A stretch of DNA of 63,198 nt. Origin: a virus (lineage: Duplodnaviria > Caudoviricetes). Positions 9,780 through 19,848 of the stretch are shown here, piece after piece (the stretch's first letter is position 1; every line of letters begins with the position of its first letter). The notes under the pieces were generated by a model. The model was given only the letters and a program-made list of their open reading frames with translations. It was not told the DNA's origin and ran no database searches. The stretch spans positions 1 to 63,198 of IMG/VR virus record IMGVR_UViG_3300035136_000041; one strand, 5' to 3'. The translations under genes and the position numbers were made by a program.

Positions 9780-10136
9780 ATGGTAAGTGAAGCTGAACAA
9801 GCTACCGAGGAACTGCTCGAGTCTCTGAAAGAGAACGAAGCAGTAACTTTGAACGACGATGGCACTCGGACGGTCAAGCTTTCGGTACCGATCCAGATAA
9901 AGCAAGGCAAGGAGCTTGTCGATTGTGACGAGTTGACGTTCAAAGTTCCGCTTGCCAGAGACCTATTGGTTATGGATCAGGAAAAAGGTGTGATGGCGAA
10001 AAGTTTTCGGCTTGCTTGCCAATTGTGCGGCTTGAGTTATGGGAACTTCTTAAGTCTGAATGCCGAAGACTCTTTGCTGTGCGTTAGCGTCGCTCAGGTG
10101 ATGGGAAAAAAATCACGAACTGGAGGGATCTCCTAG
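9780..10136 (+). CDS. Tail assembly chaperone
   Basis: Between tube and tape measure; TVKLSVPI...ELTFKVPLARDL; slippery G GGA AAA near the end. Confidence 0.85.
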   Translation: MVSEAEQATEELLESLKENEAVTLNDDGTRTVKLSVPIQIKQGKELVDCDELTFKVPLARDLLVMDQEKGVMAKSFRLACQLCGLSYGNFLSLNAEDSLLCVSVAQVMGKKSRTGGIS

Positions 10137-10258
10137 CAAACCTAGCCTACATATTCCACTTTCAGCCAAGTGAGCTATGGAGAATGACGACTGACGAGCT
10201 CCTTTTCTGGGATGATGCCGTAGGGAGAATTTCGGATAGGTTGAAGCGTGGCAAGTGA
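10103..10258 (+). CDS. -1 frameshift extension of the tail chaperone (GpE/GT-like)
   Basis: After G GGA AAA (10103-10109) the -1 frame reads ...ITNWRDLLANLAYIFHFQPSELWRMTTDELLFWDDAVGRISDRLKRGK*. Confidence 0.8.
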   Translation, partial: GKKITNWRDLLANLAYIFHFQPSELWRMTTDELLFWDDAVGRISDRLKRGK

Positions 10259-12338
10259 TCTCAACATAAGTCTTGTCATCCGTGCTATCGACCGCGCTAC
10301 CGCACCGATGCGGAAGATCACCAACAACTTCGAAGCTATAATGCGGGCCCAGACCAGAGCGCAAAGACTGTTTGATCGGGCAGCAAGCATGCGACAAGCA
10401 GCGGCTGGTGTGGAGAGGTTCGCTCGTGGTGCTCGTGGTATTATTGCTGGTCCAATACAGAGCTACGAGGATTTCGGTCACACAATAGCTAGGGCTGGTG
10501 GACTTGCAAGAGTAAGTGGCGAGCATCTCAAAGTTCTGCATGACGAGGCTTTGAGGCTGGGCTCGACAGTTGGTGAATTTTCTGCTAAGCAGGCCGCCGA
10601 AGGGATGGCAGAGTTTGGTATTGCTGGGTATAACGTCGCAGAGATAATGGGTGCCCTACCAACGACGCTTGATCTATCGTCAGCCGCAGGAATAGAATTG
10701 TCAGAGACTGTTGGAGTTATGACGGGGATAATGGGCGCGTTCAATCTTGATGCTACCAGAGCAACAGATGTTGCTGACATACTTACAGCAACATTCACCG
10801 GGTCAAAGACCACTCTACAATCTCTTGGTGAAACAATATCGTATGCTGGTGCAAACTTCGCTGAGCTTGGTGTTGACATTAAGACGGCCGCCGCCATGGC
10901 TGGTTTGCTTGGCAATGCTTCAATAGAAGGGAGCAGAGCTGGTACTGCAATGAATGCGGTATTAGCCAGGCTGACAGCCCCACGCAGAATGGGGTTGAAA
11001 GTGATGGAGAGTATTGGTCTTGGAAGAAAAGACATAGAGGACTCTACTGGCAAGCTACGCGAACCAATGAGGATACTTGCGACGATAGCAGAACGTACTG
11101 AGAAAATGACTGCCGTTGAGAGAAAGGGGGCTCTTACTCGTTTGTTCGGCATGGAGGCGGGTCCAGCAGTTGCTGTTCTAATGGCAAAGAACGGCTCTGA
11201 GAAGATGCTTGAGCTTGCCGATGCGATCGAGAAATCAAGGGGGCGTACGACAGAGCTTGCAAACACAATGCGTGGTACTGGAAGGGGCGCAACGCAACAG
11301 CTCACCAGCGCAATCGACACATTCAAAATTGTTGTCGGTGAAACTACAGACAGCGTACTGAGGCCTCTTAAGCTTATGCTTGCAGACATAATTGGTAGAA
11401 TAACAGGATGGGCGAAAGAACATCCAAACCTAACTACAGCCATCATGATAACTGTTGGTGCAGTTGCAGCTTTAGCCAGCGTCGGGGCTGGTTTGATCTA
11501 TACCATGGTGGCCATGACGAGTGTCATGGCTGTCTCCCAATATGGTATAGGTGGATTCAAGACAGGACTGCAATTACTGCGTGCAGGACTTGAAGCTACA
11601 GCTTTGCGGATGGAAGCACTCACAGCACAGACGATGGTACTTGATTCAGAAGTTCTTCCGGCCCGTAGAGGCATAGTTGCACTCTCGCGAACGATAGTAA
11701 GATCTGCTGTGCCTGCAGCAATCGCATGGGCCGGAGCTCTCTGGCCAGTGCTTGTTGTGATTGCCGCAGTTGCCGCTGTAAGTGCAGCGGTATATTTCGC
11801 CGTCAAGTATTGGGATGAGTTGACAGCTATCTGGGAGAGGTTCAAAAACGCAAGTCTTGCAACAAAGATAGTAATTGTCGCACTGCTGGCGCCTTTCTTG
11901 GCGTTGGCTAGCCCTATACTAGCCATAGCGTTTTTGGCTAAGAAGGTCATCGATAACTGGCAACCGATAAAGGACTTCTTCTCCACTCTGTGGGATACTA
12001 TTACTGGAGGAATCAATAAAGCGATGGCAGCTCTAGAGAGTTTCGAGTTGCCAGCACCTCTACAAGCCATACTTGATTTCCATCTCAAGGTTGGCAGAGG
12101 AATAGAAAACATAGGTAAAGAGATTGGATTTGTTGCTGCCGGAGGAGCAGCAGGGGCAACAAATCTTAAGACTAGCGAATTCTTAGAACGTACTGAGGGA
12201 ACATCGAGTCTGAACAGTAATGTCAATCTCAAGATCGAGTTTGATGATCGTGGCAGACCATTCGTCCGTGGAGCCGAGGCAGATCGCGGTGTTGATCTTG
12301 AAGCAGTCTATAACGGATATGCTCTTGGTGGTGCGTGA
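10248..12338 (+). CDS. Tail tape measure protein (TP901-type core)
   Basis: IRAIDRATAPMR start, FSAKQAAEGM, GSRAGTAM, hydrophobic C-terminal repeats. Confidence 0.93.
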   Translation: MASDLNISLVIRAIDRATAPMRKITNNFEAIMRAQTRAQRLFDRAASMRQAAAGVERFARGARGIIAGPIQSYEDFGHTIARAGGLARVSGEHLKVLHDEALRLGSTVGEFSAKQAAEGMAEFGIAGYNVAEIMGALPTTLDLSSAAGIELSETVGVMTGIMGAFNLDATRATDVADILTATFTGSKTTLQSLGETISYAGANFAELGVDIKTAAAMAGLLGNASIEGSRAGTAMNAVLARLTAPRRMGLKVMESIGLGRKDIEDSTGKLREPMRILATIAERTEKMTAVERKGALTRLFGMEAGPAVAVLMAKNGSEKMLELADAIEKSRGRTTELANTMRGTGRGATQQLTSAIDTFKIVVGETTDSVLRPLKLMLADIIGRITGWAKEHPNLTTAIMITVGAVAALASVGAGLIYTMVAMTSVMAVSQYGIGGFKTGLQLLRAGLEATALRMEALTAQTMVLDSEVLPARRGIVALSRTIVRSAVPAAIAWAGALWPVLVVIAAVAAVSAAVYFAVKYWDELTAIWERFKNASLATKIVIVALLAPFLALASPILAIAFLAKKVIDNWQPIKDFFSTLWDTITGGINKAMAALESFELPAPLQAILDFHLKVGRGIENIGKEIGFVAAGGAAGATNLKTSEFLERTEGTSSLNSNVNLKIEFDDRGRPFVRGAEADRGVDLEAVYNGYALGGA

Positions 12339-13651
12339 TGGGCTGGCGAGAACGATTACAGCTTGATGGATCTGCCTCATTCCGTGGGGTAGAATTCGAG
12401 GTATCGTCGTCTGTTGGTGAATTCGGTAGGCGAACTATAATCCATAGATATCCTGGGAGGGACGACGTAGGCGCAGAAGATCTTGGTCGTCAGCCTCGCA
12501 CATTTCCTCTCGAAGCATTTGTGCTCGGCGATGACTATATGACCAAGCGCGACGAGCTCCGTGAGGCTTTCGAGACTAAGGGGCCAGGAGATCTTGTCCA
12601 TCCGTATTGGGGTAAGATTAGAGTTGTCGTAGATGGTAAAGTCAGGATAAGCGAGACGCCACGCGATGGTGGCATGGCCCGCTTGTCAATGACGATGGTG
12701 CAGATTAGTGACACGCTCTCGCCGACAGTTGAGCCAGATACACAGGCTGCGGTCGAAGAAGCATGTGATGAATTGAACACAGCTCTGGCTGAAGAATTTG
12801 ATGACAACTTTTCTGTGATAGGGTACGTGGCTGACGTGTTGACTGCCGCAGTAAATCTTGTGAATGCTGTAGCGTCTGACATCAATAGCGTCAAAGGTTA
12901 CGTCAATTCTGCCATGGCTATCGCCGACTCAATCGGGGCCGCGATAGATTCCGTTACGGATGCGATATCTGATTTGATTTTACTGCCTGGACAGTTGGCA
13001 TCTGAGTTGAAGGATGTCTTCAACGGCATCATGGATTCGATTGCGTCGATAGGTGACGCATGGAACAGCTACTTTGGAGATGATGAGACTCCTGGAACAG
13101 TTGCTGGTACACCGTCTACTTCAGCAATATCAGGTACCGTAGCAAGTGGCGATGCTAGAGTAGACTTGGCCATGAGGACATTCAGGGATCTGTCGGCGTT
13201 CGGTGATGACCTCGACGATGTGCCCACGACAACTACGCAGAGAGAACAAGAGTCAAACAACCAGACTGCATTTGTCCAATTCATCAAAGCTACGGCCACC
13301 GTGGAGGCATGCCGAGCAATTGCAGCCATGCCATTCACATCAGCTAGCAAAGCGGATGAGGTTAGAGACGAGCTGTGTGATGCCTTGGATGTCCTCGCTG
13401 ACTCATCGACTGACCTGACCTATGGGCTATTGGTAGATTTACGTGCGGCACTTGCTTTCCATCTGTCTCAGATTACGGCAGACCTACCAAGCGTGGTCGA
13501 GTATACTCCGGCCACCACGCTACCAGCGTTGGTGATCGCTCAATATCTCTATGGGGACGCAACTCGAGAGCAAGAGATTATAGATCGCAACAACGTACGC
13601 AATCCTTGTCGTGTGCCTGGCGGTGAAGTCTTGGAGGTCTTAAGCGAATGA
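12338..13651 (+). CDS. Mu gpN-like DNA circularisation protein
   Basis: ASFRGVEF, HRYPGRD...EDLGR, GPGDLVHPYWG, LPALVIAQYLYGDATREQEI. Confidence 0.93.
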   Translation: MGWRERLQLDGSASFRGVEFEVSSSVGEFGRRTIIHRYPGRDDVGAEDLGRQPRTFPLEAFVLGDDYMTKRDELREAFETKGPGDLVHPYWGKIRVVVDGKVRISETPRDGGMARLSMTMVQISDTLSPTVEPDTQAAVEEACDELNTALAEEFDDNFSVIGYVADVLTAAVNLVNAVASDINSVKGYVNSAMAIADSIGAAIDSVTDAISDLILLPGQLASELKDVFNGIMDSIASIGDAWNSYFGDDETPGTVAGTPSTSAISGTVASGDARVDLAMRTFRDLSAFGDDLDDVPTTTTQREQESNNQTAFVQFIKATATVEACRAIAAMPFTSASKADEVRDELCDALDVLADSSTDLTYGLLVDLRAALAFHLSQITADLPSVVEYTPATTLPALVIAQYLYGDATREQEIIDRNNVRNPCRVPGGEVLEVLSE

Positions 13652-14694
13652 GTGAAGGACTCCAATTGCACGTCAATGGCTGGAGGTATGGCGGTTGGCA
13701 GACTCAGCGCATCACTCGCTCGATTGAGCAGTTAGCTCACAGTTTCTCCGTGACGTTCACAGATCGCTGGGGGTCCAAAGAGGATATACCAATAGAAGCT
13801 GGTGACTCTGTATCGATATCTTATGATGATGAATGGATTACAGATGGTTGGGTAGATGAAGACACATCAGACTATAGTTACGATGAGTATACGTTGTCAT
13901 TTACTGGCCGTTCTCGCACATGTGACTTAGTCGACTGTGCCGCGATTCATCGTGGCGGGCAATGGAAGGGGCAGGGGTTGTTGAAAATAGCCAAGGACTT
14001 GTGCAACCCATTTGGCATAGAAGTCACAACGAATGTCGATCTTGGCAAGGTATTCACCCCAAAGTTTACGTTGAATGATGGTGAGTCAGTATTTCAGGCC
14101 ATCTCTAGAGCAGCAACGATGCGCGGTGTGCTCCCATTAACCAAAGCAGATGGTAATCTAATATTTGATCGTGTAGGTAGAGCAAAAGTAGCGACTAAGC
14201 TTGAATTCGGAAAGAATATTCTTCGTGGTAAATGTCGACATGATTGGCGAGAGAGATTCTCTAACTATATAGTTAAGGCGCAAACGCAAGGTACCGATAC
14301 AACATTCGGTACGTCTGCTACACAATTAAAAAGAACTGCATCTGATGAAGGATGCACAAGATACCGCCCAACTATAATACAAGCTGATAACGAGGATAGC
14401 GGATCTGAGTTACAGAAAAGGGCATATTGGGAAAGAAATGTACGGATAGGCAGAGCGAAATGGCTGACATATACCGTGCAGGGTTGGACCCACCGCGATG
14501 GGTTATGGGAGCCAAATACGTTGGTATGGGTGACTGACAAAATCGAGCGAATCGACTGTGAACTGCTTATTGTTGAAGCAACCATGACTAAAACTGAGGA
14601 TGAAGGATCTTTGACTACACTGTCTCTTACATTACCAAAAGCTTTCGATGTTCAGCCAGTACCTCCACAAGAGGAAGTTAGAGGTAGATGGTAA
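13648..14694 (+). CDS. Baseplate hub (Mu gpP/gp44-like)
   Basis: YGGW...ITRSIE, GRSRTCDLVDC, ERFSNYIV, RYRP, LWEPNTLV. Confidence 0.92.
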   Translation: MSEGLQLHVNGWRYGGWQTQRITRSIEQLAHSFSVTFTDRWGSKEDIPIEAGDSVSISYDDEWITDGWVDEDTSDYSYDEYTLSFTGRSRTCDLVDCAAIHRGGQWKGQGLLKIAKDLCNPFGIEVTTNVDLGKVFTPKFTLNDGESVFQAISRAATMRGVLPLTKADGNLIFDRVGRAKVATKLEFGKNILRGKCRHDWRERFSNYIVKAQTQGTDTTFGTSATQLKRTASDEGCTRYRPTIIQADNEDSGSELQKRAYWERNVRIGRAKWLTYTVQGWTHRDGLWEPNTLVWVTDKIERIDCELLIVEATMTKTEDEGSLTTLSLTLPKAFDVQPVPPQEEVRGRW

Positions 14695-15254
14695 TGCCAA
14701 GCTTAGCCGACACGTTAGCGAGAAGAGTTGTAGCTCCTGTGATTCGGCAGGTTAGGCTGCTCATCTCTCGTGGCGTGGTCGAGCTCGTGAACGACAGCTT
14801 GAAATGCCAGGGCCTACAGGTATCGTTGCTGGCCGATGAGTTGCGCGACAATGTCGAGCGTTTCGAAGACTATGGCATGACGTCACATCCTTTCATCGGG
14901 GCAGAGGTCCTATATCTATCGGTTGGTGGAAACCGGTCGCTTGGCGTGGCAGTACGCGTGCTAGACAGAAGATACCGACCGAAGAGCATGGGCGAGGGTG
15001 ATGTCTGCCTATTCACAGATAAGGGTGAACGAGTCTACATCGAGTCTTCTAGCGACATCGTGAACCTCGGAGCGAAGAGCGCTTCTGATTTTGTTGCCAA
15101 AGCCTCTATTGTCGACAGCCGTTTGGACGCGTTGGAGAGTTTTGCCGCGAGCCATACTCATGGTGGAGTAACTGCAGGTGCAGCATTTACCGCTACAGCT
15201 GTTGGGGCACCATCAGGATCAAGTACCGCCGCGTCGAAGGTTAAGGCAACCTGA
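14688..15254 (+). CDS. Baseplate spike (Mu gp45-like)
   Basis: ERFEDYGMTSHP, GGNRS, DRRYRP, HTH metal-binding motif (SHTHGG). Confidence 0.92.
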   Translation: MVMPSLADTLARRVVAPVIRQVRLLISRGVVELVNDSLKCQGLQVSLLADELRDNVERFEDYGMTSHPFIGAEVLYLSVGGNRSLGVAVRVLDRRYRPKSMGEGDVCLFTDKGERVYIESSSDIVNLGAKSASDFVAKASIVDSRLDALESFAASHTHGGVTAGAAFTATAVGAPSGSSTAASKVKAT

Positions 15255-15703
15255 TGCTCCAGATGATTTGGGATAACTACGGTCAGACCGTAGATCTACA
15301 GCGGGATGGCAATTTCGTTTCGAACGAGCTGCTCTATACAGCGGTCATGATTTCCTTGTTCAGCCGACGCCGAGCGAATGACGATGATGTACTTCCAACA
15401 CAGAGTCCCAACCGTGGCGGGTGGTGGGCCGATGCCTATGCTGAGGTAGATGGAGACAAGATAGGCTCCAGGTTGTGGTTACTTAACAGGTCGACGCTCA
15501 ATCAAAGCACGCTGAATCTTGCTAGAGAATATGCACTCGAGGCTTTACAATGGATGGTGGATGATGGTATAGCATCATCTGTGGATGTATCTGCGTCCAT
15601 GCTTGGACAGGAGATCCTTGTGTTGACTGTCAATATAACTAGGCCTACCAAGCCAGCCACCAAATGGTCGGGTATTTGGGAAGCCCACATGGAGCAGCTC
15701 TGA
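15254..15703 (+). CDS. Baseplate wedge protein (Mu gp46-like)
   Basis: AVMISLFSRRRA, RGGWWAD, IGSRLWLL, YALEALQWMVDDG. Confidence 0.93.
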   Translation: MLQMIWDNYGQTVDLQRDGNFVSNELLYTAVMISLFSRRRANDDDVLPTQSPNRGGWWADAYAEVDGDKIGSRLWLLNRSTLNQSTLNLAREYALEALQWMVDDGIASSVDVSASMLGQEILVLTVNITRPTKPATKWSGIWEAHMEQL

Positions 15704-16758
15704 TGCCAGTTACGCGGCCGACATTACCAACTCTGCTGGCGCGAGCTCGTAGCGATATCCAGACGCGACTTGATGGTGCTGTGGCCTCGCTGAGACGCAC
15801 GTTTGAATCTGTGATCTGCAAAGTAGTCCAGGGCGCAGCTCACGAGCTGTATGGGCATCAAGTGTGGATATCAAGGCAGATGATTCCCGATACTGCCGAA
15901 GCAGAGCTGATGTCGCGATGGGCATCCATCTTCAACATCTATCGATCATCTGCTACAAAAGCAAGTGGCACCGTGGACATTACTGGATCGAATGGTAGCA
16001 CATGTCCAGATGCCACAGAATGGCAGACAAATGATGGCACTATTTACATCCAGGACGGAGATGCAACGATTGCCGGTGGAGGGGCGACCATCACGGTCGA
16101 GGCTGAAGTAGCCGGTGCTGATGGCAATCAGGATGTAGGAGCAACGTTATCTCTCGTATCACCTGTTGCCGGCATTGACTCAGATGGCACCGTCAGCGGT
16201 AGTGGATTGACTGGCGGAATCGATGAAGAGTCTGATGCCTCCCTGTTAGCCCAGCTGCTCAGTAGATTGCGCAACCCTCCGAGTGGGGGTGGCCCTGGAG
16301 ACTACGAGAATTGGGCTCTCGAGGTGGCCGGTGTAACGAGGGCCTGGCAAATCCCCAACGGTGATGGCCTCGGCACGGTCGTCCTATACTTTGTCATGGA
16401 TGACAAGGTTGGTACCATCATCCCGGATGCTGGCGAGGTCAGTAACGTCCAGGATTACCTTGATAGCGTCGCCCCAGTGACCGCCGATGTGCATGTTTAC
16501 GCTCCAAGTGCAGTAGCTGTTGATTTCACGATATCGGTAACTCCGGACACACCTGCAATTCGTGCAGCTATTGAAGCAGAGCTTGAAGACTATATCACAA
16601 CTAATGCTACGGCAGATGGAACAGCAATATTCTATCTATCACAGCTGAACGAAAGAATCTCCTTGGCTACTGGTGAAATCGATCATACCATGACTGTTCC
16701 GGCTGTGGCTCCAACATTTGCTGTCGGCGAGATTGCGATTATGGGTACAGTGACTTGA
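15703..16758 (+). CDS. Baseplate J-like protein (Mu gp47)
   Basis: RPTLPTL, PDTAE, GGIDEESDASL, PPSGGGPGDYENWALEVAGV, APVTA. Confidence 0.93.
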   Translation: MPVTRPTLPTLLARARSDIQTRLDGAVASLRRTFESVICKVVQGAAHELYGHQVWISRQMIPDTAEAELMSRWASIFNIYRSSATKASGTVDITGSNGSTCPDATEWQTNDGTIYIQDGDATIAGGGATITVEAEVAGADGNQDVGATLSLVSPVAGIDSDGTVSGSGLTGGIDEESDASLLAQLLSRLRNPPSGGGPGDYENWALEVAGVTRAWQIPNGDGLGTVVLYFVMDDKVGTIIPDAGEVSNVQDYLDSVAPVTADVHVYAPSAVAVDFTISVTPDTPAIRAAIEAELEDYITTNATADGTAIFYLSQLNERISLATGEIDHTMTVPAVAPTFAVGEIAIMGTVT

Positions 16759-16765
16759 GGCTAAC

Positions 16766-17173
16766 ATGAGTGGACTGACAGACCTCGCTGAGCAAGCCGC
16801 CCTTGGAGTATTACTGCCAAACGGCATCGATGTGTGGATTGGCTTCTTCACAGAGCTGCCACCAACCAACGACGGTACTGGTGGCACCGAAGCTAGTGGG
16901 TCAGGATATGCCAGGAAAGAACACCAAGCATGGATCAACACAGCGTTTGGAGATATTACATACCGTGTCAACAATGGGGCGATCGAATTCGACGCGCTAA
17001 CAGCCGATCTTGAAGATATCGTTGGGTGGGGTATTTGGGACGCATTGGTAGCTGGCACATTGATTGCGTTCGGCCCAATCCTCGACGTAGCTGGGAATGA
17101 GATTACCAAAACATTCACGAACGGTAATCAACCTAGGTTTATTGATCAGGAATTGAAGATCGGGTTGGGCTGA
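16766..17173 (+). CDS. Tail/baseplate-associated structural protein
   Basis: GGTEASGSGYAR...NNGAIEF...GIWDALVAG motif common in tail clusters. Confidence 0.65.
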   Translation: MSGLTDLAEQAALGVLLPNGIDVWIGFFTELPPTNDGTGGTEASGSGYARKEHQAWINTAFGDITYRVNNGAIEFDALTADLEDIVGWGIWDALVAGTLIAFGPILDVAGNEITKTFTNGNQPRFIDQELKIGLG

Positions 17174-17174
17174 A

Positions 17175-18647
17175 ATGTTTGAAGATGTTTACGCAGACGT
17201 CTCCTCGACCATCTACGTGGCTGGCTACTACGATTCTGTCAACGACGTATACGCTCGTGTACTTCAACAGCTACTTCCTGATGGAATAATCTGGAAGTGG
17301 GCAGACGAGAGCGATGCATATAGCCTACTCAGAGCCATAGGCTACAGCTTTTGTCGCGTGGCAGAACGAGCTCAAGATCTGCTGAAAGAATTTCATCCAG
17401 ATACTATGTTAGAGATGCTCGAGGATTGGGAACGTGTCTTCGGCCTGCCTGGGGACAATCCAACTCCACCAACCACACTTGCTGCAAGGCGAGGAGCTGT
17501 ACACGCTAAGCTGCTTGGATATGGTGACCCAACAGTTTCATTCTTCGAAGCGATAGCCGCATCTCAAGGTTACACAGATGCGTATGTGAATAGGCATTTT
17601 CTGTCATCGTTTGTCCCTGGCTATGTTGCTGGAGATCCAGTTTCCTCGAAGTGGCAATATGTCTGGGAGATGGTAACCCCTAGGGGCGACGATGACACAT
17701 TGCTGCAATGGAGCTTAGGGAATGTTGCCAGAGCTCACGGTGTGATGCTGATGTTCTGGCTACTTAATCCAGAATTGCAGTCATTCGATACTCCTGGGAG
17801 CAGCGCATTTAATGCTGTAAAATACAATGGAAGTGATTTGTGGGTTGCAGTCGGAGAAGACGGTTCAATTCAGACATCTTCAGACGGTGAAACATGGGTA
17901 AAAAGGACTGCGGCCGGTGGTTATACTGGAGAATTTCATGATGTTGCATACAACGGCTCTGATCTATGGTGTATCGTAGGGGAGAATGGTGAAATACAAA
18001 CTTCTCCCGATGGGATAACCTGGACTCACAGAACAGCAGCAGCAGGAACTCCTCTGTTTAGAGCAGTTGAGCATGATCAATCTGGCTTATGGTGCGCCGT
18101 CGGCGACTCAAATATGGCGCAGACATCACCTGATGGAATTACTTGGACTGTTCACTGGCCTGTAGCCGCAGGCACACCTATACATTGGCAAGGGGTGGCG
18201 TATGGTCTTAGTGGTTGGATCATATGTGGATACTATGGAGCATCTCCTTATGATGGGAGGATACAAACTTCACCTGATGGAGTCACATGGACTGTCAGGA
18301 CTCCAGTCGGTACACCGGATCGTTTCTACGACATAAGCTTTGATGGGAGTGGCCAGTTCCTTATCGTTGGTGAGAACGGCCAGTTGCAAACGTCGGCAAA
18401 CGGAGTCGACTGGCGTAGACGAGAAGCACCCAGTGGCTCTACGATAGACCTCCTCGATGTTGTCTACGCTGGAAATAGGTGGATCGTGATTGGCGACAGT
18501 GGTGAGTTGATCGAGTCATGGTACGGTGAGGACTGGAAACGTCAAGTGTTGACAAAGACAGACGTGTATGGCATAGGCTACGGCGACGGAGTCTGTTGTC
18601 TTGTAGGTGGAACGGCAGGTGACCAAGTTTACACGGCGGAGACGTAA
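17175..18647 (+). CDS. Mu gp48-like baseplate protein fused to beta-propeller (Asp-box) repeats
   Basis: LQQLLPDG.IW, P.TM.EMLEDWERVFGLP N-terminus; repeated VGExG.IQTSPDG.TW. Confidence 0.85.
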   Translation: MFEDVYADVSSTIYVAGYYDSVNDVYARVLQQLLPDGIIWKWADESDAYSLLRAIGYSFCRVAERAQDLLKEFHPDTMLEMLEDWERVFGLPGDNPTPPTTLAARRGAVHAKLLGYGDPTVSFFEAIAASQGYTDAYVNRHFLSSFVPGYVAGDPVSSKWQYVWEMVTPRGDDDTLLQWSLGNVARAHGVMLMFWLLNPELQSFDTPGSSAFNAVKYNGSDLWVAVGEDGSIQTSSDGETWVKRTAAGGYTGEFHDVAYNGSDLWCIVGENGEIQTSPDGITWTHRTAAAGTPLFRAVEHDQSGLWCAVGDSNMAQTSPDGITWTVHWPVAAGTPIHWQGVAYGLSGWIICGYYGASPYDGRIQTSPDGVTWTVRTPVGTPDRFYDISFDGSGQFLIVGENGQLQTSANGVDWRRREAPSGSTIDLLDVVYAGNRWIVIGDSGELIESWYGEDWKRQVLTKTDVYGIGYGDGVCCLVGGTAGDQVYTAET

Positions 18648-18649
18648 TC

Positions 18650-19846
18650 ATGCACAGAGTGGATTCTAGTACACGCGCAGTAGATCTGTTTGGCCCAGGA
18701 GAGGATGGCTTCACGGAGGGCAATCCCGGAGTAACTCCTGCGACTGAGACCACCGACGACTGGTTTAATGGGGTTCAGGAGGAGATATGCAACGTCATAG
18801 AGGATTCAAATATCGCCTTAGTGAAGGGCACACGCAATCAGTTATCACGCTCTATTAGAGGAGCATTTGCCACGCTGATTCTGAACAATCAAGCCGATCA
18901 AGCCAACCCAAAAAGCTTTCGGCTTGAGGGAATAACGTGGAGTAGCAGCCTTGGTTTGTTCGTCGCTGTTGGCTCTGCGGACGGAGTTGATGCATATATC
19001 GTTACGTCACCAGACGGCACCACCTGGACAGAGCGAGCGAATCCGAAGAATTTCAAGTTGTATGATGTCGTATGGTCGTCAGATCTGGCACTATTCATAG
19101 CTGTCGGAAATTCCGACGGTGGAGATGCATATATCGTTACGTCACCAGACGGCACCACCTGGACAGAGCGAGCGAATCCGAAAAGTGTTTCACTATTCGG
19201 AGTCACGTGGTGTAGCGATCTGACTTTAGCCGTAGCCGCAGGTTCGGTTGATGGTGCGGATTCATACCTAATCACATCCCCTGATGGAATTAACTGGACA
19301 GAGCGAGTCAATCCTAAAAACGTCAGCTTATATGACGTCGTATGGTCATCTGATTTAACTCTCTTCTGCGCTGTTGGGGCTGCAGATGGGGCTGATGCCT
19401 ACGTAGTCACGTCACCTGACGGTGTCACGTGGACTGAGCGCACCAACCCAAAGAATTTCGAGCTACATGGTGTTGAATGGAGCGATGAGCTTAGTTTGTT
19501 CGTTGCGGTTGGGGAGGGTGATGGAACCGACAGTTACATTGTGACCTCGCCTGACGGGACCACTTGGACTGAGAGATCCAATCCGAAGAATTTCGATCTC
19601 AAGGATGTGATCTGGAACCCAGATCTTGATGTGCTCTTTGCGGTTGGTTTTAACGACGGTAGCGATGCGTATTGTCTCATGTCGCTGGATGCCATTACAT
19701 GGTCTGAAGTCGCTATGGCAGACGACGAGGATTTATATGCTGCGACCTGGAGCCCTGATTTAGGGGTGTTCGTTGCTGTTGGCGAGCTGGATGGGGCGGA
19801 TGCGCATATAACAAAGAGCCTTAACCTACCATTCTTTGGGAGTTGA
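18650..19846 (+). CDS. Tail fibre/receptor-binding protein: Mu gp49-like N-terminus plus about seven 45-aa propeller repeats
   Basis: MHRVD...FTEGNP..TPAT...DWFNGVQEEICNVIE; repeats YIVTSPDGxTWTERxNPKN. Confidence 0.85.
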   Translation: MHRVDSSTRAVDLFGPGEDGFTEGNPGVTPATETTDDWFNGVQEEICNVIEDSNIALVKGTRNQLSRSIRGAFATLILNNQADQANPKSFRLEGITWSSSLGLFVAVGSADGVDAYIVTSPDGTTWTERANPKNFKLYDVVWSSDLALFIAVGNSDGGDAYIVTSPDGTTWTERANPKSVSLFGVTWCSDLTLAVAAGSVDGADSYLITSPDGINWTERVNPKNVSLYDVVWSSDLTLFCAVGAADGADAYVVTSPDGVTWTERTNPKNFELHGVEWSDELSLFVAVGEGDGTDSYIVTSPDGTTWTERSNPKNFDLKDVIWNPDLDVLFAVGFNDGSDAYCLMSLDAITWSEVAMADDEDLYAATWSPDLGVFVAVGELDGADAHITKSLNLPFFGS

Positions 19847-19848
19847 GT

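Noticed and set aside
3145-12232. Long antisense ORFs (3145..4113, 4350..5162, 10478..11446, 11498..12232)
   Set aside because: Shadow frames of well-supported structural genes
18989-19182. Diversity-generating retroelement template/variable repeat
   Set aside because: The copies are identical, in-frame protein repeats with no adenine-specific differences, and no reverse transcriptase is present
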